Shown here piece after piece: positions 36,757 through 46,043 of a stretch of 64,000 nt of DNA. Source of the stretch: Agathobacter sp. (GTDB lineage Bacteria; Bacillota; Clostridia; Lachnospirales; Lachnospiraceae); contig JALEZW010000015.1 in assembly GCA_022772675.1 (NCBI GenBank), positions 4,495-68,494 on the forward strand. Direction: 5' to 3'. Position 1 is the stretch's first letter. Every line of letters begins with the position of its first letter. Position numbers and translations under genes: made by a program. The notes beneath the pieces are model-generated. The model searched no databases, was not told the origin of the DNA, and saw only the letters and a list, made by a program, of their open reading frames with translations.

Positions 36757-37466
36757 CAGATCCATATCAGGTGCTGGGGGTCAGCCGCAGCGCCTCGGAT
36801 GAAGAAATTAAGAAAGCATACCGTAACCTGAGCCGGAAATATCATCCGGATGCAAATATTAACAATCCTAACAAGGAACAGGCGGAAGAAAAATTTAAGG
36901 AAGTGCAGCAGGCTTATGATCTCATTATGAAAGAAAAGCAGCAGGGAACATCCGGAGCCTACAGCAGCTATGGACCTTCCGGCGGTGGGACTTCCGGTAC
37001 CGGGACAGGGAACGGAGGAACCGGAAGTTATGGTCAGGGTCCCTTTGGAGGCTTTAATGGGCAGTATTATTACGGAAATGAGACATACCGTTCCCAGAGC
37101 AGGGCAGGCTCCCCACAGCTTCAGGCAGCATTAAATTATATTCGTAATCATTGTTTTGCAGAGGCACTTAACGTATTGAACTCCATTCCGTTTTCCCAGC
37201 GCGCCGGACAATGGTATTATTACAGCGCAATGGCAAATGCAGGGGCGGGAAATAATGCAACTGCAATCGAACATATCCATCATGCAGTGGAACTGGAACC
37301 CAGCAATATGGAATATCGCCAGTTTCAGGAAAATCTGGAGTATGGAGGAAGATGGTATACAAATATGGGAAGTGAATATGAAAGACCTTACAGTAATTAC
37401 AGCAGTTTCTGTATGAATCTGCTCTGCGCCCAGGCTTTGTGTACCTGTTGCTGCAGACCATGCTGA
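36753..37466 (+). CDS. J-domain protein with G/S-rich linker, TPR-like region and Cys-rich C-terminus
   Basis: DPYQVLGV...[11 protein letters not shown] (HPD motif), then a Gly/Ser/Thr-rich stretch, a helical repeat region, and the tail [22 protein letters not shown] overlap with the upstream gene. Confidence 0.8.
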   Translation: MTDPYQVLGVSRSASDEEIKKAYRNLSRKYHPDANINNPNKEQAEEKFKEVQQAYDLIMKEKQQGTSGAYSSYGPSGGGTSGTGTGNGGTGSYGQGPFGGFNGQYYYGNETYRSQSRAGSPQLQAALNYIRNHCFAEALNVLNSIPFSQRAGQWYYYSAMANAGAGNNATAIEHIHHAVELEPSNMEYRQFQENLEYGGRWYTNMGSEYERPYSNYSSFCMNLLCAQALCTCCCRPC

Positions 37467-37479
37467 TTTAAAAACCTTC

Positions 37480-37508
37480 TTGAAAATCGTGCCAGATTAT
37501 TATATGAT
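37480..37508 (+). promoter_or_regulatory. candidate pyrBI promoter
   Basis: TTGAAA, a 17-nt spacer, then TATGAT, about 30 nt upstream of the pyrB RBS. Confidence 0.45.
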
Positions 37509-37539
37509 AGTAAAAATGCCTAAACATAGGAGGAACAAA

Positions 37540-38472
37540 ATGAGACATTTAATGAGTCCTCTGGACTTCTCCGTGCAGGAACTGGATCAGCTTTTGGATC
37601 TGGCCAGCGACATCGAGAAGCATCCGGGAAAATACGCACATGCATGTGACGGGAAGAAGCTTGCCACCTGTTTTTATGAGCCAAGTACAAGAACCCGTTT
37701 AAGTTTTGAAGCTGCCATGTTAAATCTTGGCGGTTCTGTTTTAGGTTTTGCCAGTGCTGATTCTTCATCGGCAGCCAAGGGAGAAAGCATTTCTGATACG
37801 ATTCGAGTTATTTCCTGTTACGCAGACATCTGTGCAATCCGCCATCCCAAGGAGGGCGCGGCACTTGTAGCATCCCAAAAGTCAAAAATTCCGGTTATCA
37901 ATGCGGGAGATGGCGGTCATCAGCATCCAACCCAGACATTGACAGATCTCATGACCATTCGTTCCCTTAAGGGAAGACTGGGAAATATTACCATTGGTCT
38001 GTGTGGAGACCTGAAATTCGGGCGGACGGTTCACTCTTTGATCAATGCACTGATTCGATATGAAAATGTCAAATTTATTCTGATTTCTCCGGAGGAACTG
38101 AGAATCCCGGATTATATCAGGGAGGATGTGTTACAGGCAAATCATATAGAATTTGAGGAAGTGGAGCGGCTGGAGGATGCCATGGGAGAGCTGGATGTTC
38201 TCTATATGACCAGAGTTCAGAGAGAACGTTTCTTCAATGAGGAGGATTATGTCCGGTTAAAGGATTACTATATTCTTACCAAGGAAAAAATGGCTCTGGC
38301 AAAGCCGGATATGATCGTTCTTCATCCACTGCCCCGGGTAAATGAGATTTCCACAGAGGTGGACGATGATCCTCGGGCTGCGTACTTTACCCAGGCACAG
38401 AACGGGGTGTATGTAAGAATGGCACTGATTTTGACATTATTGGAAATTGAGGTACAGGAGGAGACATGTTAA
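37540..38472 (+). CDS. pyrB: aspartate carbamoyltransferase catalytic subunit
   Basis: Motifs STRTR, HPTQ and HPLPR. The ATG at 37540 follows AGGAGG; the ORF-track start at 37480 is an extension. Confidence 0.95.
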   Translation: MRHLMSPLDFSVQELDQLLDLASDIEKHPGKYAHACDGKKLATCFYEPSTRTRLSFEAAMLNLGGSVLGFASADSSSAAKGESISDTIRVISCYADICAIRHPKEGAALVASQKSKIPVINAGDGGHQHPTQTLTDLMTIRSLKGRLGNITIGLCGDLKFGRTVHSLINALIRYENVKFILISPEELRIPDYIREDVLQANHIEFEEVERLEDAMGELDVLYMTRVQRERFFNEEDYVRLKDYYILTKEKMALAKPDMIVLHPLPRVNEISTEVDDDPRAAYFTQAQNGVYVRMALILTLLEIEVQEETC

Positions 38473-38915
38473 ACATAAGTGGAATTCATGAGGGATTTGT
38501 GTTAGACCATATTCAGGCAGGGATGAGCCTTCAGATTTATCATGATTTAAAACTGGACAAGCTGGACTGCTCCGTTGCCATTATCAAGAATGCAAAGAGC
38601 AGTAAGATGGGCAAGAAGGATATTATCAAGGTGGAATGCCCGGTGGAGATGCTGGATCTTGATATTTTAGGATTTATTGACCATAATATTACGGTAAATG
38701 TTATCAAAGGGGATCGAATCGTAGAGAAGAAAATCTTAAAACTGCCGAAGCAGGTAAAAAATGTCATTAAATGTAAGAACCCAAGATGTGTGACATCCAT
38801 TGAACAGGAGCTGGACCAGATTTTTCTGCTGTCAGATGAGAAGAGGGAAATTTACCGCTGCAAATATTGTGAAGAAAAGTATACCAACCCTAACAGAAGA
38901 AAAATAAAAGTTTAG
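38466..38915 (+). CDS. pyrI: aspartate carbamoyltransferase regulatory subunit
   Basis: Allosteric domain plus a C-terminal Zn domain CKNPRC...CKYC. Overlaps the pyrB stop. Confidence 0.9.
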   Translation: MLNISGIHEGFVLDHIQAGMSLQIYHDLKLDKLDCSVAIIKNAKSSKMGKKDIIKVECPVEMLDLDILGFIDHNITVNVIKGDRIVEKKILKLPKQVKNVIKCKNPRCVTSIEQELDQIFLLSDEKREIYRCKYCEEKYTNPNRRKIKV

Positions 38916-38920
38916 GGTGT

Positions 38921-38967
38921 AAAGTCAGAAATCTTCTCCGGTCTTCCGGAATGATTTCTGACTTTTG
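38921..38967. terminator. hairpin terminator between convergent genes
   Basis: AAAGTCAGAAAT ... ATTTCTGACTTT 12-bp stem with an inner CCGG/CCGG stem, followed by TTTT. Confidence 0.55.
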
Positions 38968-38975
38968 TCCTTGTA

Positions 38976-39389
38976 TCATTTTATTTTGGTGGAAACCCAT
39001 TTTCTGTCATTTAGAATCCATTCAAAGATCAGACCGGCAGCCATCCATACCGGAAAATAATCCAGACGTACAAGACCTGAAATATTGTTGGGACAGCCAT
39101 TGTAATTCCATGGACAGATGGAAAAAAGCCTAAGGAAGCTTCCACTTAAGAATTCCACAATCATAATGGCAGAAGCGTATAAAGAGGCTCGAAAGAGCAG
39201 GGGCAGATGGCAGATCTTTTTAGAAATCGGTCTGATGAAAGCAGCAAGCCCATAGATGGGGAACATCCAGACAGAAGTCTGTCCGGTAAGCATAAGATTT
39301 CCCCGGAGCAGGGAACCCAAAGCGGTAAATACAATTTCCATGCACCAGCCGGTCAGTCCGCATATGAAAAAATCCTTCCGGTTCATCAT
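38976..39389 (-). CDS. small polytopic membrane protein (CmpB / ABC-transporter type IV-like, DUF1113-like)
   Basis: ATGATG at 39389/39386 follows AGGAGG; the upstream part of the 227-aa ORF has no RBS and a non-coding look. FFICGLTGWCMEIVF...FPIYG resembles the family. Confidence 0.6.
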   Translation of the reverse strand: MMNRKDFFICGLTGWCMEIVFTALGSLLRGNLMLTGQTSVWMFPIYGLAAFIRPISKKICHLPLLFRASLYASAIMIVEFLSGSFLRLFSICPWNYNGCPNNISGLVRLDYFPVWMAAGLIFEWILNDRKWVSTKIK

Positions 39390-39491
39390 TAGCCTCCTTT
39401 TGTGTTTCATGATAGGTTTGGTATCATTAGTAATGTGTAGTTCAGGAACTGATATACTTGAAAAAAATGGGAAGGAATAATAATATAGATT

Positions 39492-40139
39492 ATGGCGTAT
39501 TTTCCAATGTTTATAAATATTGAAAACCAAAACTGCCTGGTTGTGGGCGGTGGAACGGTGGCCTTTCGCAAGGTGCAGGTGCTTTTGGATTTTAAAGCAG
39601 CCGTGACGGTAATCGCACCAGAGGTGCAGGAAAAACTTAAAAAAAATTTGGGAAACCATATCACCATCTACGAGAGGAAGTTTGTTCCGGAGGATTTACG
39701 GGATATGACGCTTGTTGTGGCAGCAACGGATGACAAAGAGCAGAACCACAGGATTGCAGAGCTGGCGAAAAAAGCTTGTATTCCTGTCAATGCGGTGGAT
39801 CAGATAGAGGACTGCAGTTTTATTTTTCCATCCTACATAAAAAAACAGAACGTGGTGGGAGCTTTTTCCAGCGCAGGAAACTCTCCTGTGATCACCCAGT
39901 ATCTGAAAGAAGAAATGAGAGAGGTTTTGGATGAACAGCTGGGAGAAATCAATGAGTATATGGGATCGGTAAGGGATGCTGTAAAAGCGCAGGTACCCAC
40001 GGAACCGGAGAGAAGAAAGGTTTACCAGACAGTCCTTACTGAATTGTTAGAGGAAGGCAGAACCGGTCTTAAAGAGGATGAACTGCTGGAGATTATTAAG
40101 AAAAGAGGAAGAGCATTGTGGAGCGAACAAGAAGATTAA
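39492..40139 (+). CDS. sirC: precorrin-2 dehydrogenase / sirohydrochlorin ferrochelatase (SirC / CysG N-domain type)
   Basis: MAYFPMFINIENQNCLVVGGGTVAFRK Rossmann N-terminus, characteristic of the siroheme synthase N-domain. Confidence 0.8.
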   Translation: MAYFPMFINIENQNCLVVGGGTVAFRKVQVLLDFKAAVTVIAPEVQEKLKKNLGNHITIYERKFVPEDLRDMTLVVAATDDKEQNHRIAELAKKACIPVNAVDQIEDCSFIFPSYIKKQNVVGAFSSAGNSPVITQYLKEEMREVLDEQLGEINEYMGSVRDAVKAQVPTEPERRKVYQTVLTELLEEGRTGLKEDELLEIIKKRGRALWSEQED

Positions 40140-41089
40140 GACAGACTGCGGCACTGCGCAGTATGGTGAGGGAAAATCATATCAGAGTAGAGGAACTGAT
40201 CTACCCGCTGTTTGTGATAGATGGAAAGGATATTGCAGAGCCTGTTTTATCTATGCCGGGGATCTGTCAGTATTCTGTGGACCGGATGAAGGAGGAACTG
40301 GACCGGGTGGTTCTGGCCGGAATTCCTGCGATCCTGATATTCGGAATACCGGATCATAAGGATGAGGTGGGAAGTGGCGCCTATGACGAGAATGGAATTG
40401 TCCAGAGGGCAATCCGCCAGATAAAACAGGATTATCCGGATCTGATTGTGATTGCGGATGTCTGTCTTTGTGAGTACACTTCCCATGGACATTGCGGGCT
40501 GATTAAGGATGGTATTATTTTAAATGATGAGACGCTTCCGCTTTTATGTGCGGCAGCAGTCAGTTATGCCCGTGCCGGTGCGGACATTGTGGCCCCCAGC
40601 GATATGATGGACAAGCGTGTGGGCGCAATCCGGGAGGCACTGGATAAAGAAGGATTTACCTATACTCCGGTCATGGCATATTCTGCCAAATTTGCATCCG
40701 GCTATTATGGCCCTTTCCGGGATGCTGCCCACTCGGCTCCGGGTTTTGGGGACAGAAAGACTTACCAGATGGATCCGGCAAACGGCAGGGAAGCCATGCG
40801 GGAGGTGGAGGAGGATATTGCTGAGGGAGCAGATATGATTATTGCAAAACCGGCGATGGCCTATTTAGACATTATAAAAGAAATCCGCAGGAAGTTTAAT
40901 ATTCCAATTGTTGCCTACAATGTGAGCGGCGAGTATGCCATGGTAAAGGCTGCCGCAGAAAAGGGCTGGATCGATGAAAAAAAGATTGTTATGGAAAATT
41001 TAATCGGCATGAAGCGGGCCGGTGCAGACATGATCATTACCTATCATGCACTGGAAGTGGCCGAGTGGCTTAAGAAGGGAGAGGTATAA
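40118..41089 (+). CDS. hemB: porphobilinogen synthase
   Basis: Motifs RRLRQTAALRSMVRE, the Zn site CLCEYTSHGHCG, and the active-site lysines region. Confidence 0.95.
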   Translation: MERTRRLRQTAALRSMVRENHIRVEELIYPLFVIDGKDIAEPVLSMPGICQYSVDRMKEELDRVVLAGIPAILIFGIPDHKDEVGSGAYDENGIVQRAIRQIKQDYPDLIVIADVCLCEYTSHGHCGLIKDGIILNDETLPLLCAAAVSYARAGADIVAPSDMMDKRVGAIREALDKEGFTYTPVMAYSAKFASGYYGPFRDAAHSAPGFGDRKTYQMDPANGREAMREVEEDIAEGADMIIAKPAMAYLDIIKEIRRKFNIPIVAYNVSGEYAMVKAAAEKGWIDEKKIVMENLIGMKRAGADMIITYHALEVAEWLKKGEV

Positions 41090-41090
41090 C

Positions 41091-42365
41091 ATGACAGATG
41101 AGACATCAAAGGAACTCTATGCCCGGGCGAAATTAAGGATGCCGGGGGGCGTTAACAGTCCCGTACGGGCATATCAGGCTGTAGGAAGGACGCCCCGGTT
41201 TATAAAGAGTGCCAGCGGTTCCCATATCACGGACGTAGATGGAAATGAGATGATTGATTATATCTGTTCCTGGGGTCCGGGAATCTTAGGGCATGCCCAC
41301 CCAGGGGTTCTTAAAAAGGTGAAGGCCGCCTGCGACGATGGATTAACCTATGGTGCTCCTACAGAGCGGGAGGTGGAGATGGCGGAGCTCCTTGCCAGGC
41401 TGGTTCCGTCCATGGAGGTGAGCCGTCTGGTAAATTCCGGTACAGAGGCCACCATGAGCGCCATCCGCGTTGCGAGAGGTTATACAAAGCGGGATAAGAT
41501 CATTAAATTCAGGGGCTGTTACCATGGACATTCCGATGGTCTGCTGGTGAAAGCGGGCTCCGCTGCATTGACCACATCGGTTCCGGACAGTGCAGGAGTT
41601 CCTGCTGATTTTACGAAGAATACGCTGGTAGCTGAGTACAATAATAAGGACAGCGTGCAGGCTCTCTTTGAGGCAAATCCGGATTCCATTGCAGCAGTTA
41701 TTGTGGAGCCGGTTGCGGCAAATATGGGAGTGGTTCTGCCGAAGGATGGCTTTCTTACTTTTTTAAGAGAGATTACCAAACAGTATGGGGCACTGCTTAT
41801 TTTTGATGAGGTCATTACCGGTTTCAGGCTTGCATTAGGCGGAGCCCAGGAGTATTACGGGATTACACCGGATCTTTCCACTTTTGGAAAAATCATTGGC
41901 GGAGGCATGCCGGTGGGAGCCTACGGCGGCAGGGAAGATATCATGCGGATGGTTTCCCCGGATGGAACGGTTTATCAGGCTGGGACCCTTTCCGGAAATC
42001 CCATTGCAACGGCGGCAGGTCTTGCAACCTTAAAGATTCTGGCAGAGGACAGGGATATCTATATCCGTCTGGAAGAAAAAACTGCGCAGATAGCACAGGC
42101 AGTGCGTGAGGCATCCCATGGCAGGGTAGTGGTAAACCAGATCGGATCGTTGATGAGCATCTTTTTTACCGACGGAGAAGTAACGGATTACGATTCCGCT
42201 GCAAAATCCGATACGAAAGCCTATGCAGACTATTTTGGCTTTATGCTGGATCATGGAATCTACGTGGCTCCATCCCAGTTTGAGGCAATGTTTGTTTCAG
42301 ATGCCCATGGGGATTCCGATATACAAAAGACCATCCATGTGATGCAGGAGTATTTTGAATCATGA
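41091..42365 (+). CDS. hemL: glutamate-1-semialdehyde 2,1-aminomutase
   Basis: Motifs MPGGVNSPVRA, DEVITGFR and FGKIIGGGMPVGAYGG. The ATG follows directly after the hemB stop. Confidence 0.95.
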   Translation: MTDETSKELYARAKLRMPGGVNSPVRAYQAVGRTPRFIKSASGSHITDVDGNEMIDYICSWGPGILGHAHPGVLKKVKAACDDGLTYGAPTEREVEMAELLARLVPSMEVSRLVNSGTEATMSAIRVARGYTKRDKIIKFRGCYHGHSDGLLVKAGSAALTTSVPDSAGVPADFTKNTLVAEYNNKDSVQALFEANPDSIAAVIVEPVAANMGVVLPKDGFLTFLREITKQYGALLIFDEVITGFRLALGGAQEYYGITPDLSTFGKIIGGGMPVGAYGGREDIMRMVSPDGTVYQAGTLSGNPIATAAGLATLKILAEDRDIYIRLEEKTAQIAQAVREASHGRVVVNQIGSLMSIFFTDGEVTDYDSAAKSDTKAYADYFGFMLDHGIYVAPSQFEAMFVSDAHGDSDIQKTIHVMQEYFES

Positions 42366-43588
42366 TTTTCGGATATGTGGGAATAAACTATAAACATGCA
42401 GACCAGGATATCCGTGATCAGATTGCGTTTACGGATAATCAGAAGATTGATTTTATGCAGCAGTCCGGGGAAAAGGGAATTGAACAGTGTTTTGTCCTTT
42501 CCACCTGCAACCGGAGTGAGGTTTACTTTTTTGTGCCGGAGGAAATGACGGATGCCCCGGAAACGGTAAAGAAACTTTATGTTTCCACATTTCCGGATGT
42601 GGATGTGAGTCCGTATCTGGAAGAAAAAACGGGGACAGAGGCACTTTCCTATCTGTTTCGTGTAACTGCGGGACTGGAGTCCATGGTGCTTGGAGAGGAC
42701 CAGATTCTGGGGCAGGTAAAGGAAGCCTATGAGCTGGCATGCACCGTAGGCAGTACGGGAAAGGAAATGAACCGTACGGTGCAGGATGCATTGTCCTGTG
42801 CAAAAAAAATAAAAACGAAGCTTCATATCAGTGAGAAGCCTTTATCCGTAAGCTATGTGGGAATCCGTCAGCTGAAGGAGCAGTTTGGCATTGCAGGAAA
42901 GAAGGCACTGGTTGTGGGAAGCGGTCATACGGCAGCACTTGCCCTTAAGTACCTGTATGAGTATGGGGCCGCACATGTGACGGTATGCAGCAGGAATTTT
43001 TCCCATGCTGGAGCACTGCTTAGGGAGTTCCCGGATCTTGCCATCATACCCTTTGAAAAGAGATATGAGGCTATGGAACAGTGCGAGCTTGTGATTTCCG
43101 CCACCGCATCACCACACCATGTGATCCGCAGAAGTGAAGTGCATTTATCACATCCCACGGCTTTCTTAGACCTGGCATCTCCAAGGGATGTGGAGACTGC
43201 AATCGGGCAGGAGGCATTACTGATTAATCTTGACAGTCTGAATCAGATTGTGCAGGATAATCTGAGACAGCGGGAAGAACTGGTTCAAAAAGGACAGGAA
43301 ATGATTACGGATACCCTGGGGGAAACCATTCACTGGCTTAATACCACTGGGGTGGATCATACCATTGCCTCCCTTCAGGAGCGGTGTGGGGAAATTGTGG
43401 AGGACAGCTATGAATATTTAAACCGTAAGCTGGATCTTTCGCCCAGGGAACAAAAGATTGTCAAAAAGATATTAAAGGCCTCCCTGCGGCGGCTTCTGCG
43501 GGAACCGATTCTGGAATTAAAGCAGACGGAATCAAAAGAGCAGCAGGAGGAATATGATAAAGTACTGCGGGAGCTGTTTCAGATATGA
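42362..43588 (+). CDS. hemA: glutamyl-tRNA reductase
   Basis: Catalytic STCNRSEVY, ESMVLGEDQILGQVK, and an NADPH-binding GSGHTA. Confidence 0.9.
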   Translation: MIFGYVGINYKHADQDIRDQIAFTDNQKIDFMQQSGEKGIEQCFVLSTCNRSEVYFFVPEEMTDAPETVKKLYVSTFPDVDVSPYLEEKTGTEALSYLFRVTAGLESMVLGEDQILGQVKEAYELACTVGSTGKEMNRTVQDALSCAKKIKTKLHISEKPLSVSYVGIRQLKEQFGIAGKKALVVGSGHTAALALKYLYEYGAAHVTVCSRNFSHAGALLREFPDLAIIPFEKRYEAMEQCELVISATASPHHVIRRSEVHLSHPTAFLDLASPRDVETAIGQEALLINLDSLNQIVQDNLRQREELVQKGQEMITDTLGETIHWLNTTGVDHTIASLQERCGEIVEDSYEYLNRKLDLSPREQKIVKKILKASLRRLLREPILELKQTESKEQQEEYDKVLRELFQI

Positions 43589-43627
43589 GAATTCCGGAAG
43601 GGCTGGAATAAAAAAGGTTGGTGGGAA

Positions 43628-44515
43628 ATGAAAATAATCATCGGGACGAGAGGTTCAAAGCTTGCTCTGGCGCAGGCGGAATTTGTGAAAAAAAAGCTAA
43701 AGGATGCTTATCCCATGCATGAATATGAGCTTAAAATTATCCATACCAAAGGGGATAAGATTACGGACCGGGCACTGGATGAGATAGGGGATAAGGGCCT
43801 GTTTGTCGGGGAAATCGAAGCACAGCTTTTAGACGGATCCATCGATCTTGCCGTACACAGCATGAAGGATATGCCGGCAGATCTGCCGGAGGGTCTGTGC
43901 TTTGCGAAACCGTGGGGGCGGGAGGATCCAAGGGATGTTCTGGTGCTAAAAGAGGCAGAGTCCTTGGAAAAACTGCCGGAGCATGCCGTAATCGGAACTG
44001 GAAGCAAAAGGAGAGCCTTTCAGCTGCATAAGATCAGACCGGATCTTCAGATTGTGGGAATTCGCGGGAATGTGGATACCCGGCTGAAAAAAATGACAGA
44101 ACAGAATCTGGACGGCATTGTGCTGGCAGCGGCAGGACTCCACCGTCTGGGACGACAAGAGGTGGTCACACAGTATCTTGACCCGGAAATAGTCATACCG
44201 GCACCGGCCCAGGGAACACTGGCACTGGAACTTAGAAAGGATAACCAATTGCTCCTTCAGGAAATCAATGCATTTTCCGACAGGGATACGGAAAGGACGA
44301 CACAGGCGGAGCGGCTGTTTCTTCAGGGAACCGGAGGGAACTGCCATCTGCCGGTGGGAGCCTTTGCCCAGAGCCGTCCGGATGGTTCCATCAGACTTCT
44401 GGGACTGTTTGGAAATGAGGAGGGAGACTGTCTCCGTTGTGATGTAACGGGAAACACTCCGGAGGAGGCTGCAGAGGCTGCCCTTCGCAGTCTGCAGGGA
44501 GTTAGGATACACTAA
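43628..44515 (+). CDS. hemC: hydroxymethylbilane synthase
   Basis: Motifs IIGTRGSKLALAQA, HSMKDMP and RGNVDTRL. Confidence 0.95.
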   Translation: MKIIIGTRGSKLALAQAEFVKKKLKDAYPMHEYELKIIHTKGDKITDRALDEIGDKGLFVGEIEAQLLDGSIDLAVHSMKDMPADLPEGLCFAKPWGREDPRDVLVLKEAESLEKLPEHAVIGTGSKRRAFQLHKIRPDLQIVGIRGNVDTRLKKMTEQNLDGIVLAAAGLHRLGRQEVVTQYLDPEIVIPAPAQGTLALELRKDNQLLLQEINAFSDRDTERTTQAERLFLQGTGGNCHLPVGAFAQSRPDGSIRLLGLFGNEEGDCLRCDVTGNTPEEAAEAALRSLQGVRIH

Positions 44516-44543
44516 TAAATCAGGAAGAGAATGAGGAGGCAAT

Positions 44544-46043
44544 ATGGCAAAGGTTTATCTGGTGGGGGCAGGTCCCGGAGATCCGGGACTTATCACAGTA
44601 AAGGGAATGGAACTGATTAAAAAGGCAGACTGCATCATCTATGACCGTCTTGCAGCACCTGAGCTTTTAGGCTATGCCAGAAGAGACTGCGAATTAATTT
44701 ATGTGGGAAAAGCAGACAGCAGACATACCCTTCCCCAGGAAAAAATCAATGAGCTGCTGGTGGAAAAGGCAGGGGAATATCACTGTGTGGTACGTCTGAA
44801 AGGTGGAGATGTATTTGTTTTCGGACGGGGAGGCGAGGAAGGAATTTATCTGCGGGAGCATGGAATCTCTTTTTCCGTTGTGCCCGGAGTAAGTTCTGCA
44901 GTGGCAGGTCCGGCCTATGCGGGGATTCCGGTGACCCACCGTGGAATTGCAACCAGTTTTCGGGTGATTACCGGACACAAAAGGGACAGTCATGAGATGC
45001 CGGATCTTGACTTTTCCGGGATGATGGACCCCTCGGAAACCCTTGTGTTTCTGATGGGATTATCCAAAGTCAGACAGATTGCAGAGGGACTCATTGCAGC
45101 AGGCAGGGACAAAGAAACACCGGCCGCCGTGATTTCCCATGCAACCACAGAGGCCCAGTCGGTATGCAGCGGAACCCTTTCGGATATTGCAGACCGTGTG
45201 GAAAGAAAGGGCCTTACTTCTCCTGCCCTCATTGTAGTGGGGGATGTGGTAACGCTTCGGGAAAGCCTCAGGTTTTATGAAGATAAACCCCTCTGGGGAT
45301 TTAAGTATCTGGTGGCAAAAATTGGGCAGGAGCCCTCAAGGCTTACCGCAATGCTTCGGGAGAAGGGAGCACAGGTAAGGGAGTGCAGGGTTGGTGAAAT
45401 AATGGGAATTCCTGCAAAATACAGCCGCACGGAGCTGGAAAATGTGGATATTCTGATTTTTACCAGTGCAAATGCGGTAACCTATTTTATGAGAAATGTA
45501 TTTGCATCAGGACTGGATGCTCGTGCCCTTTCCCATGCGAAGGCTGCAGTCATTGGGCAGAAGACACAGCAGAAACTGAAAGAGTATGGCATCTGTGCGG
45601 ATTTTATTCCGGAACATGCAAATTCCAAAGCCTTTGCAAAAGAACTGAAAGGTTACGTAGAGCAGATGTTTCAGGGAAATCCCTTTAAACGCGCAAAAGC
45701 CTGGTATCCCATGGCAAAAAATGCAAAAGAGCAGCTGGTGGATGAACTTTTGGAATTTTGTGACTGCGGAAGACTGGATGTTTATGAAAATGTGCCGTGT
45801 CCCATGGAACTGCCGGAAGAACTGACTGATTTTGATGCCCTTTTCTTTACCTGTGCCTCTTCCGCGGAGCGGCTCTTAAAAGGGCAGGAGCCTAAGGTGA
45901 TAGAAAAAATGGGAGAGCATACAAAGATTTATTCCATCGGACCAAAGTGCAGTGCTGCCTTAAGCGGGCTTGGCGTATCTCCGGTCATTGAGGCGGCTGT
46001 GAATAATTATGAGGGGCTGGTTAACTGTGTGCTACAGAAGTAA
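44544..46043 (+). CDS. bifunctional uroporphyrinogen-III C-methyltransferase / uroporphyrinogen-III synthase
   Basis: N-terminal SUMT domain (VYLVGAGPGDPGLITVKG, VVRLKGGD) and a C-terminal HemD-like half. 499 aa. Confidence 0.9.
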   Translation: MAKVYLVGAGPGDPGLITVKGMELIKKADCIIYDRLAAPELLGYARRDCELIYVGKADSRHTLPQEKINELLVEKAGEYHCVVRLKGGDVFVFGRGGEEGIYLREHGISFSVVPGVSSAVAGPAYAGIPVTHRGIATSFRVITGHKRDSHEMPDLDFSGMMDPSETLVFLMGLSKVRQIAEGLIAAGRDKETPAAVISHATTEAQSVCSGTLSDIADRVERKGLTSPALIVVGDVVTLRESLRFYEDKPLWGFKYLVAKIGQEPSRLTAMLREKGAQVRECRVGEIMGIPAKYSRTELENVDILIFTSANAVTYFMRNVFASGLDARALSHAKAAVIGQKTQQKLKEYGICADFIPEHANSKAFAKELKGYVEQMFQGNPFKRAKAWYPMAKNAKEQLVDELLEFCDCGRLDVYENVPCPMELPEELTDFDALFFTCASSAERLLKGQEPKVIEKMGEHTKIYSIGPKCSAALSGLGVSPVIEAAVNNYEGLVNCVLQK

